64,000 bases of DNA from Heptranchias perlo (lineage: Eukaryota), in assembly GCF_035084215.1 (NCBI RefSeq), contig NC_090366.1:10354001-10418000 (forward strand). The letters run 5' to 3'. Positions 49,238 through 62,145 of the stretch are shown piece after piece. Made by a program: the position numbers and the translations under genes. A model generated the notes under the pieces. It did no database searches and was not told the DNA's origin. It worked only from the letters and a program-made list of their open reading frames with translations. Position 1 is the first letter of the stretch. The number at the start of each line of letters is the position of its first letter.

Positions 49238-50912
49238 GAAGTGTCGAGTGGACGATCCATCTCGGCCTCCTCCCGATATCCCCACCATCAGAGAAGCCAG
49301 TCTTCAGCCAATTCGATTCACTCCATGTGATATCAAGAAACGGCTGTGTGCACTGGATATAGCAACGGCTGTGGACCCCGACAACATCCCAGCTGTAGTG
49401 CTGAAGACTTGTGCTGCAGAACTAGCTGCATCTCTAGCCAAGCTGTTCCAGTACAGCTACAACACTGGCATCTACCCGACAATGTGGAAAATTGCCCAGG
49501 TATGTCCTGTCCACAAAAAGCAGGACAAATCCAATCCGGGCAATTACCGCCCCAACAGTCTACTCTCAATTATCAGCAAAGTGATGGAAGGTGTCGTCGA
49601 GAGTGATACCAAGCAGCACTTACTCACCAATAACCTGCTCACTGATGCTGAGTTTGTGTTCTGCCAGGACCACTCAGCTCCAGACTTCATTATAGCCTTG
49701 GTCCAAACATGGACAAAAGAGCTGAATTCCAGAGGTGAGGTGAGAGTGACTGCCCTTGACTTCAAAGTAGCATTTGACCGAGTCCAGTATGGCACCAAGG
49801 AGCAATAGTAAGATTGAAGTCAATGGGAATCAGGGGGAAAACTCTTCCGTGGCTGGAGTCATACCTAGCACAATGGAAGATGGTAGTGGTTGTTGGAGGC
49901 CAATCATCTCAGCCCCAGGACATTGCTGCAGGAGTTCCTCAGGGCAGTGTCCTAGGCCCAGCCATCTTCAGCTGCTTCACGAAAGGCCTGCCCTCCATCA
50001 TAAGGTCAGAAATGGGGATGTTCGCTGATGATTGCATAGTGTTCAGTTCCATTCGCAACCACTCAGATAATGAAGCAGTCTGTGCCGCATGCAGCAAGAC
50101 CAGGCTTGGGCTGATAAGTGGCATGTAACATTCGCACCAGATAAGTGCCAGGCAATGACCATCTCCAACAAGAGAGAGTCAAACCACCACCCCTTGACAT
50201 TCAACTGCATTACCATCGCCGAATCCCCCACCATCAACATCCTCGGGGTCAACATTGACCAGAAACTTAACTGGACAAGACATATAAATATTGTGGCTAC
50301 AAGAGCAGGTCAGAGGCTGGGTATTCTGCGGCGAGTGACTCACCTCATGACTCCCCAAAGCCTTTCCACCATCTAAAAGGCACAAGTCAGGAGTGTGATG
50401 GAATACTCTCCACTTGCCTGGATGAATGCAGCTCAAACAGCACTCAAGAAGTTCGACACCATCCAGGACAAAGCAACCCGCTTGATTGGCACCCCATCCA
50501 CCACCCTAAACATTCACTCCCTTCACCACCGGCGCACAGTGGCTGCAGTGTGTACCATCCACAGGATGCACTGCAGCAACTCGCCAAGGCTTCTTCGACA
50601 GCACCTCCCAAACCCGCGACCTCTACCACCTAGAAGGACAAGGGCAGCAGGCACATGGGAACAACACCACCTGCATGTTCCCCTCCAAGTCAGACACAAT
50701 CCCGACTTGGAAATATATCACGGTTCCTTCGTCGTCGTTGGGTCAAAATCCTGGAATTGCCTTCCGAATAGCACTGTGGGAGAATCTTCAGCACACGGAC
50801 TGCAGCGGTTCAAGAAGGCGGCTCACCACCACCTTCTCAAGGGGCAATTAGGGATGGGCAATAAATGCCGGCCTTGCCAGCGACGCCCACATCCCATGAA
50901 CGAATGAAAAAA
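49238..50912 (+). mobile_element. Non-LTR retrotransposon (CR1/L2-group, jockey-type RT) 3' portion, frameshifted
   Basis: RT motifs WKIAQVCPVHKK, NYRP.SLLS, ALDFKVAFDRV, GVPQGSVLGP, FADD across ORFs 49248-50907; A-rich tail. Confidence 0.9.
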
Positions 50913-51941
50913 CATCTGATACTAACCACGTTAGTGGCAGGACACTCCAGCTCCCTTAGGTAAGAAAAGCAGAACAATCAAGTCGGATTCTCGTCGCTGA
51001 CAGCTATTCCGGTAGAGGAGGGTGATTGAGAGCAGAGGGTGAAAGGGAAAGTGATAGCAGGATAAGGGGCGACCAGAAGCGGGCAATCAGTAGGCGGTCG
51101 GGTTGATCAGGATGGATGTGGAAGGACAGATCGGAATGGAGTTTGAGGCAACTATCGGGAGGGGGCAAGCGGCGGCCCGTGCTTTCAGTGTGGAGCTGGG
51201 AGGAACACACCTGCCCCGCCCAGTCTCATTTAGAGTTTAGCATTTTTAAAAGCTCACCTTTATGGAGGCTGCCTGAAGCAGTACTTTAAGCACTGCTGGT
51301 TAGGCTGCATATTCACCTAGTTCTCCTGAGAGGGCAGTGCTGAGGGCAAACCAATTTAGAAAAGCAGCCATCAAACAAAGGTTAGGCCCATTATTTGCAC
51401 GTGCAAAGCGCCTGATGCCTTCTGGATGACTGTTCTGATGTCGATGCTCAGTGCTCAGAACGTGTGTGCGCACGCTGCCCGCCATATTGAAAACCTTTGA
51501 TAACACTTTTACGCTTGTAAAGCATGCGTAGGGCCTTCGAATTTCGAACCAATACTGTTCACTACTCAAAGGCGTGCGTGAGCACAACAGCCAAGCAACT
51601 AACTGTGAACACAGACCCCGGTTTTAACCAGAGAATTGAAATGGTGCGGCAAAACTGAAAGCGGAATGTCAAATTGGGAAAAACCGCAAGAAGGTGTCAG
51701 TGAAATGGAGTTTGAAAAATGAACGAGGCGGATTTATTGTGGAAGGAAGAAAAAGGTGCGTAAAGAAATGCGCCTGAATTTATGAGAATCAAGCACCGGC
51801 ATGAGAGAGATCTCGGGTTTAAAATGAGTAAAATAGATTGCCGTTCTTCGCCAAAACGCATGGTTGTGCCGTATGAATTGATTCATTGCTTGCTTTACAT
51901 TAGCATGTGCAGCAGTGGGCAAAAGGGGTAAAGCAAACTGA

Positions 51942-52012
51942 GCCATCACTCGGATGCAAACCGCGATCGTTTCCAACACATCTCAAAGTACGAACCCCGA
52001 TCGGATTATGGC
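51942..52012 (-). pseudogene. Highly degenerate tRNA-His copy
   Basis: GCCATCACTCGGATGCAAACCG...AGTACGAACC...TATGGC aligns to the tRNA-His reverse complement. Flanks match 12103-12130 (GCAGTGGGCAAAA) and 10395-10408 (GGCGCCACACATC). Confidence 0.55.
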
Positions 52013-52159
52013 GCCACACATCGGTCGCGCCTGTGCCACGAAAGAAAATCCTGCAGAAAATGTCCTCCTTCCCTCCGCGGACGCGTCCCTCCCACTCAGG
52101 ACTTGCCCCTCGTCCCGCCACGGAGCCGCCCGCCGACCGCCCACCTTCCCAAAGGAGCC

Positions 52160-53345
52160 GACCATTCTCCCCATCGAGATGGAGGGACAGTAGCAGAGAG
52201 AGAGGGAAGGATAGATGGAGAGAGAGCAACTGCGAGAGAGGGAGATAGAGATGGAGCAAGACAAAAAGAGAGAGAGGGAAGGATAGATGGAGATAAAATA
52301 ACAGAGAGAGCGAGATATAGATAGAGAGAGTGAGATAGAGATGAAGAAAGTGGGAAAGATCGAGATGGAGGAAGACTAACAGAGAGACAGTTTGGGATAG
52401 ATGGAAAGAGAGTAACTGCGAGAGAGGGATGGATAGATGGAGAGAGAAAAACAGAGAAGGAGATATAGATGGAGAGAGATTGACATAAAGATGAAGATAG
52501 AGGGAGTGGTAGAGATGGAGACAAGTTACAGAGAGGGAGGGATAGATGGACAGAGTATAACGGAAGGAAGGAGAGATTCAAATGGAGAGAGTGATAGAGA
52601 TAGAGGTAGATATTGATGAAGATAGAACAGCCGAGAAAGAAAGAGATAGAGATGGAGGAGAGTAACAAAGAGAGAGGATTGAACAGATGGAGAGAGAGAG
52701 TAACAGAGAGAGGAAGATAGAGAGGGAGAGGCATTAACACACAGGGAGACAGAGATGGAGAGAAAATAATAGAGATAGCGGGAGATATAGATGGAGAGAG
52801 AATAACAGAGAAAGAGCATGGTAGAGGTGGAGAGAGAGTAACAGAAAGAGAGGGCGGTTTACATGGAGAGAGCAACAGAGATGGTGATAGAGACGGAGAA
52901 AGAGCAACAGAGAGAAAGAGATAGAGGTGGAGAGAGATAAATAGAGATGGAATGACAGTAAAAAAGACAAAGGGATATAAAAATGGAAAGAGAGTGAGGT
53001 AGAGATGGTGAGAGTAATAGAGAGTGAGGAAGGGAGATATAGAGAGAGATGAACAGGGAGAGATAGAACAATAGATGGATAAGTAACACATGTAGATATA
53101 GATAGAGAGAGAATAACAAGGGAAGATAAAGAGGGAGAGGATAATAGAGAGAGGGGAGAGATATAAATGGAGTGAGCGTAACAGAGAAGGGGATAGATGG
53201 AGGTGGAGTAATAGAGGGAGATAGATATAGAGAGAATAACGGAAGGAGATACAGATAGAGAGATAGTAACAGAGAGGGAGGGATTGATAGAGATGGACGG
53301 AGAGTAACAGAAAGAGGAGGAGATAAATAGAGCAGAAGAGTAATA
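52160..53345. repeat. GA-rich low-complexity / cryptic tandem repeat (GATAGATGGAGAGAG-like units)
   Basis: About 1.2 kb, strongly purine-biased on +. Confidence 0.9.
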
Positions 53346-53370
53346 TATCGAAAGTTAGATGTAAGGACTT

Positions 53371-53822
53371 GCACAACACTAGGTTATAGTCCAACAGTTT
53401 TATTTTAAATCACAAGCTTTTGGAGCTTACCTCCTTCTTCAGGTGAGTGAAGGGTTCTAAAAACGCATAGCATATATAGTCAGAGAACAATGTCTGGTGA
53501 TTACAGATAATCTTTCCAACTGCCCCCCATTACACCTCGGCCGGGAGATGATCACAGCAGTCAAAGGTGTCGTTGGTGTTCAGACAGGTTAGCCACGGAA
53601 TACATTACATCCCAGTATACTGAATACACAATGGGTCAGATCACAAAGACAGAGAGAGAAAGAGACCCGAAAGGCAGAGAGAGAGAGAGAGAGAATGTCC
53701 AGTTGTATTAAAAACAGATAACTTTTTTTCGCTGGTGGGGTTACATGTAGCGTGACATGAACCCAAGATCCCGGTTGAGGCTGTCCTCATGGGTGCGGAA
53801 CTTGGCTATCAATTTCCGCTCA
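53371..53822 (-). mobile_element. Penelope-like element 3' end (GIY-YIG C-terminus plus terminal repeat)
   Basis: Minus strand encodes ERKLIAKFRTHEDSLNRDLGFMSRYM*. Terminal repeat has CCTGAAGAAGGAG..CTCC.AAAGCTTGTGAT...AATAAAA. Confidence 0.78.
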
Positions 53823-53829
53823 ACTAATC

Positions 53830-54440
53830 TACCGTTCCCCAAACGGACCCGCCCTCCCCCTTACTGAGCCGCACCCCTCCCCAAACACAGACACCTGCCC
53901 CTCCCCCACAGGGAAACGCCAATTCCCTCCCCCAACACACGTACACCCACGTCGGCCCGCAAGGACCAGTCCACCTTCACGGACAAGCCCCACCTCCCCA
54001 ACAATCAGATCCCTCCAACCACTCCACACGTACCCGCGACTCCCACCACCACCATCCCCAACACGGAGCCACCCATCCCCCACAAGAAGCCCTCCTTCCC
54101 CCGACACGCAATCGCCCCTCCAACACTACGAGCCGCCCCTTCTCCCACACAGATCCTTCCCTGCCCAACACACTGACCCGACCCTCCCATCACAATGAAA
54201 CGCCCCACCACCTCACACGTACCCCTGCCATTCGCCCCCTCCCCCACACACACATAGACCCTCCCCTTCTTTCAACATGGAAACGTGCCTCCCCACAAAC
54301 GGACCATTCCCTCCCGCCACATGAACCCTCCCTTCCCACACACGGAGACGCCTCTCCCTCAGCAGCGAAACAACCTCCCTCATAGACAACGTCCCCACTC
54401 GCCCCACAAGGACTCGCCCCCACTCCACACCCACCACAGG
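53830..54440. repeat. C-rich cryptic tandem repeat (CCCTCCC...ACACGG units)
   Basis: Recurrent CCCTCCCC/CACG motifs; similar sequence at 52065-52155. Confidence 0.75.
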
Positions 54441-55165
54441 GCGATGAGATTTATCTTTTACCGTGGAAGTTGTTATGATCTGGAATGCATTGCCTGAAAC
54501 GTTTGTGGAAGTAGATTCAATGGTAAATTGGAAAAGGGAATTGGATATGTACTTGGAAGGGAAACATTTGCAGGGTTATGCTGGAAGAGCAGGGGCGTTG
54601 GACTAATTGGATAGCACTTTCAAAGAGCAAGCACAGACAGGTTGGGTCGAATCGCCTCCTGTGGTGTACGATTCTCTGATTCTCGGAGGCGGGATTAAAT
54701 TTTGGAGCATGACGTTCATGTATGAGAGGGTGCAAGGAGCTTAATCGAGAAAATAGGTTTTCTCCATCAACATAAATTGAAGCTTTCAGGCCTGGCAGCA
54801 AAAAAAAAGCCACTTTATGGTGTGATTTTGCAATTTGTTTTGCAGCCCAGTCCCCGACCGTGAGGCTTCATACTGTCGGCCAATTCTTTTCAGCACATCA
54901 ACAGACAATGAGGATATTGGAATTGGTTTGGAAAACAGTTTTTCACACAGAATAGAGAAAAAAATGTTGAAAAGTTACATTGACGAACATATCACACTTA
55001 CTGTCTTTCAACTAACTCGTGATTGTAAATCAAAATATTCCAACAAAGAGCAGTGGTCACATTTCCACATAGTTTCTGGAAGATGTCCATTTTTACAGGC
55101 CTTAACATCAGGTGTGTTAAAGTATTGCCGGTCTCCACAACATCTGCCTGACAGTGTATCTCCTG

Positions 55166-58100
55166 CTAATTATGTTTTATTGTTACGTATTCGCAGGTCT
55201 CTTCATTTTGGATATATCCTTCTTGTTTGCGGAAGTTTGAGATATCGATAGATGTGTACAGAACCTCTTCCTTATGAGCTGGTTTGGTCGATATCAAAGC
55301 CTCAAGGCCAGCCTCGGGATACTGAACGTCGCTCTGCAACGAAAGGCATTTGTGTTAGATTTGGCGCTACTGCGCATATGAACTGAACACAATGGGAGTG
55401 TGCTGTCCTTTCCAGAGCAAATCACGTTATCGTATCTCTGGTAGTTTTCTATTGGCCCTGATGAATGAGTTGAGCGTTTTGAAGTGCTCATGCAAGAAAG
55501 AAAGAACTTGCAATTATATATCAGTACAAGTTGATAAGGATGCTAAAAACATACGGGCTTCTGGGCTAAATAAATAGAGGCATTGAGTATCAAAGTAAGG
55601 AAATCACTAGTTAGGCCCTTGGCGGAGTACTGTGCCCAATTCTGTCACCACAATTTAGGAAGGATGTCAAGGCCTTGCAAAGGGTGAAGAGGAGATCTAC
55701 CAGAGTTCTAGCAGGGATGAGGGTCTTCAGTTATGCGGAGAGACTAGAGAAGCTCGAATTATTCTCCATAATGCCAGGAAAGTTATGGGAAGATTTGAAA
55801 GAGGTGTTCGAAATTATGAAGGGGTTAGATAGAGTAAATCAGGAGAAACTGTTTCAACTGGCAGGGTGGTCGGTAACCAGAGGACACAGAATTACGATAA
55901 TTCGTTAAAAGAACTAAAGGGGAGTTAAGGAGATTTTTTTTTAAGCAGCGAGTTGTTATGATCTGGGATACACGGCATGAAAGCATGGGAGAAGCACATT
56001 CAATTGAAAATTTCCAATGGGAATTGGTTAAATACTTGAAAAGGAGAAAAGTTGCAGGGCTATGGGCAAGAGCTGGGGGGATGTGAAACTATTTGTGTCG
56101 GTCTTTCAAATGTCCGGCACCAGAACAATGATCTGATTGGCTCCTTGTGTGCTGTATGATTCTATGATTGATAAGACGTAGGCATTGCCATGAAATGAAT
56201 ACATTTGAAGTGTAGTCACTGTGTAGAATAATGCAGCCACAGTAATTCGGACAAATGGCGAATTAATCTGTTTTAGATGGTGTCCATTGAGGGAAACATG
56301 TTTGCATGGGCACTGGGAGTGTTTTCTTCTGTTCCTACAATAGTCCCATGAGATCGTTTACCTACACATGCAGCAGTAAACCGGGCCTTGGTTTAAAGTC
56401 TCATCCAAAAAATTGAACCACTGATGTAGGAATAAACCAAATAACTGGGATAATTTAGTATAATTACAATCAATAGCAGAAGTAGAATGAAATGTATTTT
56501 GAATCTATGCATCTATAAATATAAACTGTACTGTGTATTAATATAGTGTGAACCATGTAACGTGTATTCAATTAGAAATTGGTGGTGGGCCGAGAAGGGT
56601 GCATGATGGTTATTAAAGTCAAGTTTGCAATGAAAACTAACAGAACTCTAAGACAGTATTGAAGTGAGAATTAACAGACCTTGGGGAAAATCACAGGTGC
56701 TGAGGGAGGATTTGCTGTAATGACATAACGTCCAAAAGGCATGTAGATAATGGAACTGAAGGTGAAATAAATCAAGGAATCACCCAGGCTCAGGCCTCTC
56801 TATCTCGCGCCCCAGCAAGCTCGTGAATAGAAACTTGTTTGTACAACGGTTCCTGTGAAGCCTGGCAATGCAAACTCTAAAATAAAGTAAATTAAGTCTG
56901 TAACAAAAAGGCACAGATGGTACAAGGAGTTGCTGGGAATGTAACTTCTAAAGGGTGAGAGACATGATTAATGGAAATCATGATTAATGATGTGGATGTG
57001 ATAGTGAACTGTCACATGGACTGAAAATGGTATAAGAAGAGACCTCAAAGGCTGAGGAAGGCGCGCAAGATTCTGGCGAGGAAGAAGAGAACTCGTCAGT
57101 CAACAGAACACAGCAAGAGAGAGAGAGAGAGAGACAGACAGAGAGAGAGACCGTGCAGCAGTCACTTGGAGGGATACTTCCAAGGCTTCAAGGAACAGAC
57201 TGTGATTATTTCTCTTTGTTAAGTATCACTTTCTTTGTACTAATTGTGATGTGCTTAATAGATCTGTTTTGTCTTTGACCAGAATACCAGTACCGTGGTG
57301 GTCTTGTTGTCACGAACCAGTCCTTGGATTGGATTAAAATATCATCCTGAAAGTTGGGCTTTAAATCCCACACTGACATGGTTACACTCGCTTAGTACTA
57401 CACTGAAGTTTCAACCTAGATTATATATTCGAATGCTGGAACAAAGCACAACCTTCTGACTAAAAGCTGAGGGACAACTAAGCGACATCGACACCAAGAT
57501 GCAGTTGGGAAATTGCAAATAATGCTGAGTATCTGCAATGTTTTATCCCCTCTGCGTCCTGACACCTGTAAATATTGTTTAACGCCTGTGAATTGTTGAA
57601 AATTTAACCCATGAGACCTAATGTCAAAGTGGTGGAGATAACGTATCTTCTGGCCTCTGTGTGAGAGATAGGAAACTCATTCTATTAAATGAGTTTGGTT
57701 TGATCAGAAATGCCAACGTGAGAAATTCTCCCTAATCCTATTCACTGGGTCACTGCGCACAGAGTGTGGAGGAATGTTTCACTCTTAGCGGCGTGAGAAG
57801 CGTGCTACACCCTCAAAAACACCGGCCACCAAGTTTCTGAAACTGCCTTTTATCTGTTGGGTTTTGCTTGCTTTGTCTCACTTGCTGACTGAAAACACAA
57901 TTAAGCTCCTACAAATATCTCTCCAGCGTGGCATCATTTACCTGAGCGTTTAGTGCGTTCTGTACCACAGCGTAGGTCACCGAATTATCATCCGTTTCCG
58001 TGGCACGCACAGCTTCACTTTGTTTCTTCCTGAATAATAATAAATACAAATGATGCACTTCGTATAATTAACTGGAATAAATTTAAGTAAACTATGCTGT

Positions 58101-61100
58101 GCCTGTACGATGAAGTACGTCAGTAGGTCAGGAGAGGCTTGTGTCTTTTGCGTTTCCTGATTAGCACAGATCAGGTCTCAAATCATTTCATGTCACCATC
58201 CACCTGAGCACATTTCAAAAGAGAACTTTTTCTTTGTGGATGAAGGTCGTTAATGACGTTGTGCTGTCTGCACGGGGTGAAGATTGATTGTGCTAAATAA
58301 GATACAGAGGAGGCATATTCACCTATTCAGCACCTTGTTAAATAGCAGAGTTTCAATCTGCAAACAGATTCCTCGCTATTATCATGTGGATGGTTTCAAA
58401 CCGTTGGAGTTTGAAACGCGGAATCAATCAATATTCCTCATCAATCGTTCTGAGATCCTTCTATGGTATCTCTGAAAGAAGAACTTATGTATTTTTCAGA
58501 AGTAATTGTCTTTTTAATTATGTCATGGTACACGAGGGGTTAAAAGCTAGAACAATTCGCACAATCTCATTTTATAATGATTGTTGTCGATCATTGGCTG
58601 TTGTCCGGCTCCACCTATCGGAGGAGCTATGTCATTCATTTCACTATAAACATTCTGTTTGATTTGTCGAAGGTTAAATTTGATTGGCAGCTCATGGCAA
58701 ACCGAACACAGAGTTAATTGAATTCAATTGGAGCCGGTCACCTCTTTGAAGATAATTGGCAGACTGACGATTTAAGCTTTCAAAGAGAGCTCGTCAGAAA
58801 AAATAGCCGAAGTAACGGCTAAGAATAAGATAATCAGCGCTACATGATGAATTTCTGATATAATTTAGCACATCAGTCTCACCCCATTAATGAATATAAT
58901 TTTCTAATCCTGGATCCAAACAAACTTAACAACTACTGTAAAAATGTGTCACGTTGGTGAAACAATTTCTTTGTTTTTTTAACTGCTTAATGAAATGGCA
59001 TGATCAGTGAAGCCTAAGTAAAATTCTAACGTGCTTTTATTGTGAGACCTACCCATGACATGGAGGCTTGCGCGGGGGTGCCCAATATCAGCAACGCCTG
59101 AAGGAAACTGACCGCGATTCTTTGTCCATTGCTTGGGCATGCTACAAACTTTACCCAGATTTCAGAGGAGGTGAGAACACTCCCTGGAACATTGGGTTCG
59201 AGCGATCAGCCACGCGAGCAGACCGAGAGACTGAAGTCCAAAACTGACCAGGTTAAACATAACGAAACAAAGCTGCGATAATTTAACAGGAAGAATGTAA
59301 ATGGAACCGGAATCAAGCATCCACAAATATTACTCTGTGGTTGATGCTGGGAGACGAGAGGCTGTTCAGGGAACGATTGCCCCTCCTACTTTCCCCACAC
59401 TGCTCCAATTCAGACAGATGATCACTGTCCTCAGTGGGTGATTATTTAAACGGGTTTCTGATACATAGTCTTTCTGATGCAGGGTCCCCTTAAAAAGGTC
59501 TAATTTATCCTCCAGTCAATGCAGTTAAGAAACATACATACCTTTGTACCTTTACCATGACAACGACTGCAATTACAATAATTAGGCCACAGGCTCCTCC
59601 TCCTATTTTGAATATGTTTGTCCAGGAGAATAAGAATATTCCTAAAATGTCGGAAAAGATATTAATCTTAATTAGTGTATTGGGGTTAATGCAGCAACCT
59701 TGGAAACACATTGGTGAGCATGAGGAAGAAACTTCCTTTATGTTCGGATCATAACGCTAATCAAAAATTAGGGATTATATTCACCACATCCTGCTGATCT
59801 AACCAGTTAATGACGGGCTAGTGATGACCAGAATTGATTTTTGGACTTAAGGGGAATCAAGGGATATGGGGATCGGGCTGGAAAGTGGAGTTGAGGTCGA
59901 AGATCAGCCATGATCTTATTGAATGGCGGAACAGACTCGAGGGGCCGTATGGCCGAATCCTTCTGCTATTTCTTATGTTCTTAGCATGTACCAACTCTCT
60001 AACTGTATTCAAATTACAGATAGATTCAACATGTACCCTCAGAGTGGAGCTGGTATTTGCTGACACAATCACCGTGCACGTTTGCTGCAACACATGAGAT
60101 TTGAATTCCAGTTCCGGTTCCAGTTGGGTGTGTCAGTGTCAGGGAGCTCTGCACCAGATAACTATTCACCACCCAGGAGATGACTTCCACATCTGACCTG
60201 TTCTCAGTGATGATTCTCCCATTGAGGTCCCATGTAATGTTTGCTGGTGGATTGGCTGTGACACTGCAGTTACAACCAGTCCACTTCTCAGAGCTGTTGC
60301 AGGTCGGGCCTGATACATTTGTGGGTTTATCTAAAAAAAAGAGACTTCAGTGTGAAATAATGACGTCAAACATTTGCAGTGCCTAAATACTGCATTAAAC
60401 ATCTTCCAGTGTGCTGGACTGACGTGACCCTTCTATAGATGTCCAGCTAACAGGGCAACAGTTTAAAGGACGGCGTCTCTGAATATTACATTGTTAACTG
60501 AACAGTAATACAAGTAACGGAGCTTGAGATAACACCACATTTATTCGATATTTTTTGGCGAATTTTTGCTCAGCAAGATGAGGGATGTCTGTTCTAAGAA
60601 ATGGAGTTTTGTTTATTTCAGACTGCCAGTATTAGTTAAAAACTGTTAGATTTAGAGTAAAGCTCGGAGTAAATGTACTTCTGTCCCAATCAGGAGGGTA
60701 CTTCCTGCTGCATTTATGTCAGATTGAGCAAATTCTACAACTGTCACCCTCAGCGAGTTGGCCAGGTGACTTTCCATTATTGGAAATATCGAGGTTGCTT
60801 TGCGCAATGTCCACAAGGAAGGGATGACACAATCCCAAGCTGATTTTACATTGGCGCGTTACAGCAAACAGAAAAGAGAAACATGGGTTTTAATCGAGAG
60901 TTTGTGAACTGAAAGGCTGCTACCTAATTGAGAAATGCATGCACACTTATATTGTACAGAAATCCGTGTGGAGCTGTTTGCGGTGCCCAGGTCATTTTCA
61001 GCCACACACTAATATTCACCGTCATCTTCTAAACTAATGTTGTGGAATGTCCGCTTTAGTTCATTGGTGGAAGATGTGCTGATCTCTTCACCATTTTTCA

Positions 61101-62145
61101 CCCATCTTAACCTGACCGCTGGTTTTCCCCATGCCGTGCAGTATAATAATAATGAGCTGCCTTCCACCGCTACTATAGAGGAATTGACGGTTGGCTTTTC
61201 CAGTCCATCTGAAACAGGCAATAATGCAAAACCTGAAGCATGATATAGATCATAATTAAATTATTATGTTGGGTAAGAGGCCACTTCTAAATTGCAAACT
61301 TCTTATTTTACTGCCCCAGAATTTAACGTTACAACAAAAATGTGTATCTTCTAGAATTTACCTCTCTCTTCGAATTATGTCTCCTTGTGGCGTACGTACT
61401 TTGACGCTGGTACATCATTCAGGTCAATTCTGAAGCGCAACCAGAGCTGATATCTGGTGTCAGAGCTGAGACCAGCTTCAGATCCTAACTCGCCTTGGCA
61501 TTTTTTGTATCCCTTTACGACTGACTGAAATCAGAACCTTACTGGTAGATCTCAGAATAGCAATTAACAATGGCATAAACCAAACTCTTGGAGCCACCAG
61601 CATTAATTCATCGATGTGAATCTTCCCAAAATAATCTGACTGACAAGAATTGGCTGAGAGCCATTCCGATTCACTGATTATACAAGTGAGCTCTCACGGT
61701 ATCGAGATGGGGGTTTCTCGGTGCATTATTTGATGCGGTCCTAAACCATGAATAAATTGCTGATGGTGGAAGGAAAATTATTGAATCAGTCGGCCGACAG
61801 GTGAGGGCTACTAACTTCAGAGCAGACACTTACATTTGATCTCCAAGGTAAGAATCTGTGGAGAAGAAGTTGGGGAGCCATGAAGTAAAATTGAGCATCC
61901 TAGACTTCTCCCGTGAAAAGCGGACGATGGAGTGAACGTGAGCACCGATGAAACTCTCCAAGAACCGGAACGTTCATTAACAATTTCTGTTCCATCTTTA
62001 GTGTCCCATGGAAGAGGAAGGGACCCATTGTAATCGATCCACCTCAGTTGCAGTTTGTCATATGGGCAGCTGTGAGTGATTGAACAGGTCAGTCCAGCTG
62101 CTTTTGCAGAAGTCAGTTCCCCATAACCTGAAATCTGTGGCTTGT
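55166..62145 (-). CDS. Siglec-like gene C, partial (C2 62145-61834, disabled C2 61208-60951, C2 60330-60037, TM 59641-59542, tail 58029-57942 and 55333-55166); V and leader presumed beyond the window
   Basis: Exon sizes match gene A (312/258/294/100 vs 94/88/168). All are open except C2-2 (TAG 61009-61011; donor GT>AT). Motifs VTYAVV, VLYTSI, CEYVTI. It is either a pseudogene or an exon-skipping gene. Confidence 0.7.
55525..56170 (+). mobile_element. CR1 3' fragment
   Basis: YAERLEKLELFS..., 3' UTR and tail; shared with unit 1. Confidence 0.8.
56425..57372 (+). mobile_element. Probable solo LTR (948 bp) inserted in a minus-strand Deu-SINE remnant
   Basis: TGTAGGA...TCCCACA termini with 4-bp TSD CTGA. 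TATA-like GGTATAAGA at ~57030 and ATTAAA at ~57333. SINE sequence continues on both sides. Confidence 0.65.
59840..59982 (+). mobile_element. CR1 3' end
   Basis: 3' UTR and TTCTTATGTTCTTA tail; absent from the gene A intron. Confidence 0.75.

Noticed and set aside
52096-53394. 432-aa Leu/Ser-rich ORF on the minus strand
   Set aside because: Artefact of the GA/CT low-complexity tract; no domain.
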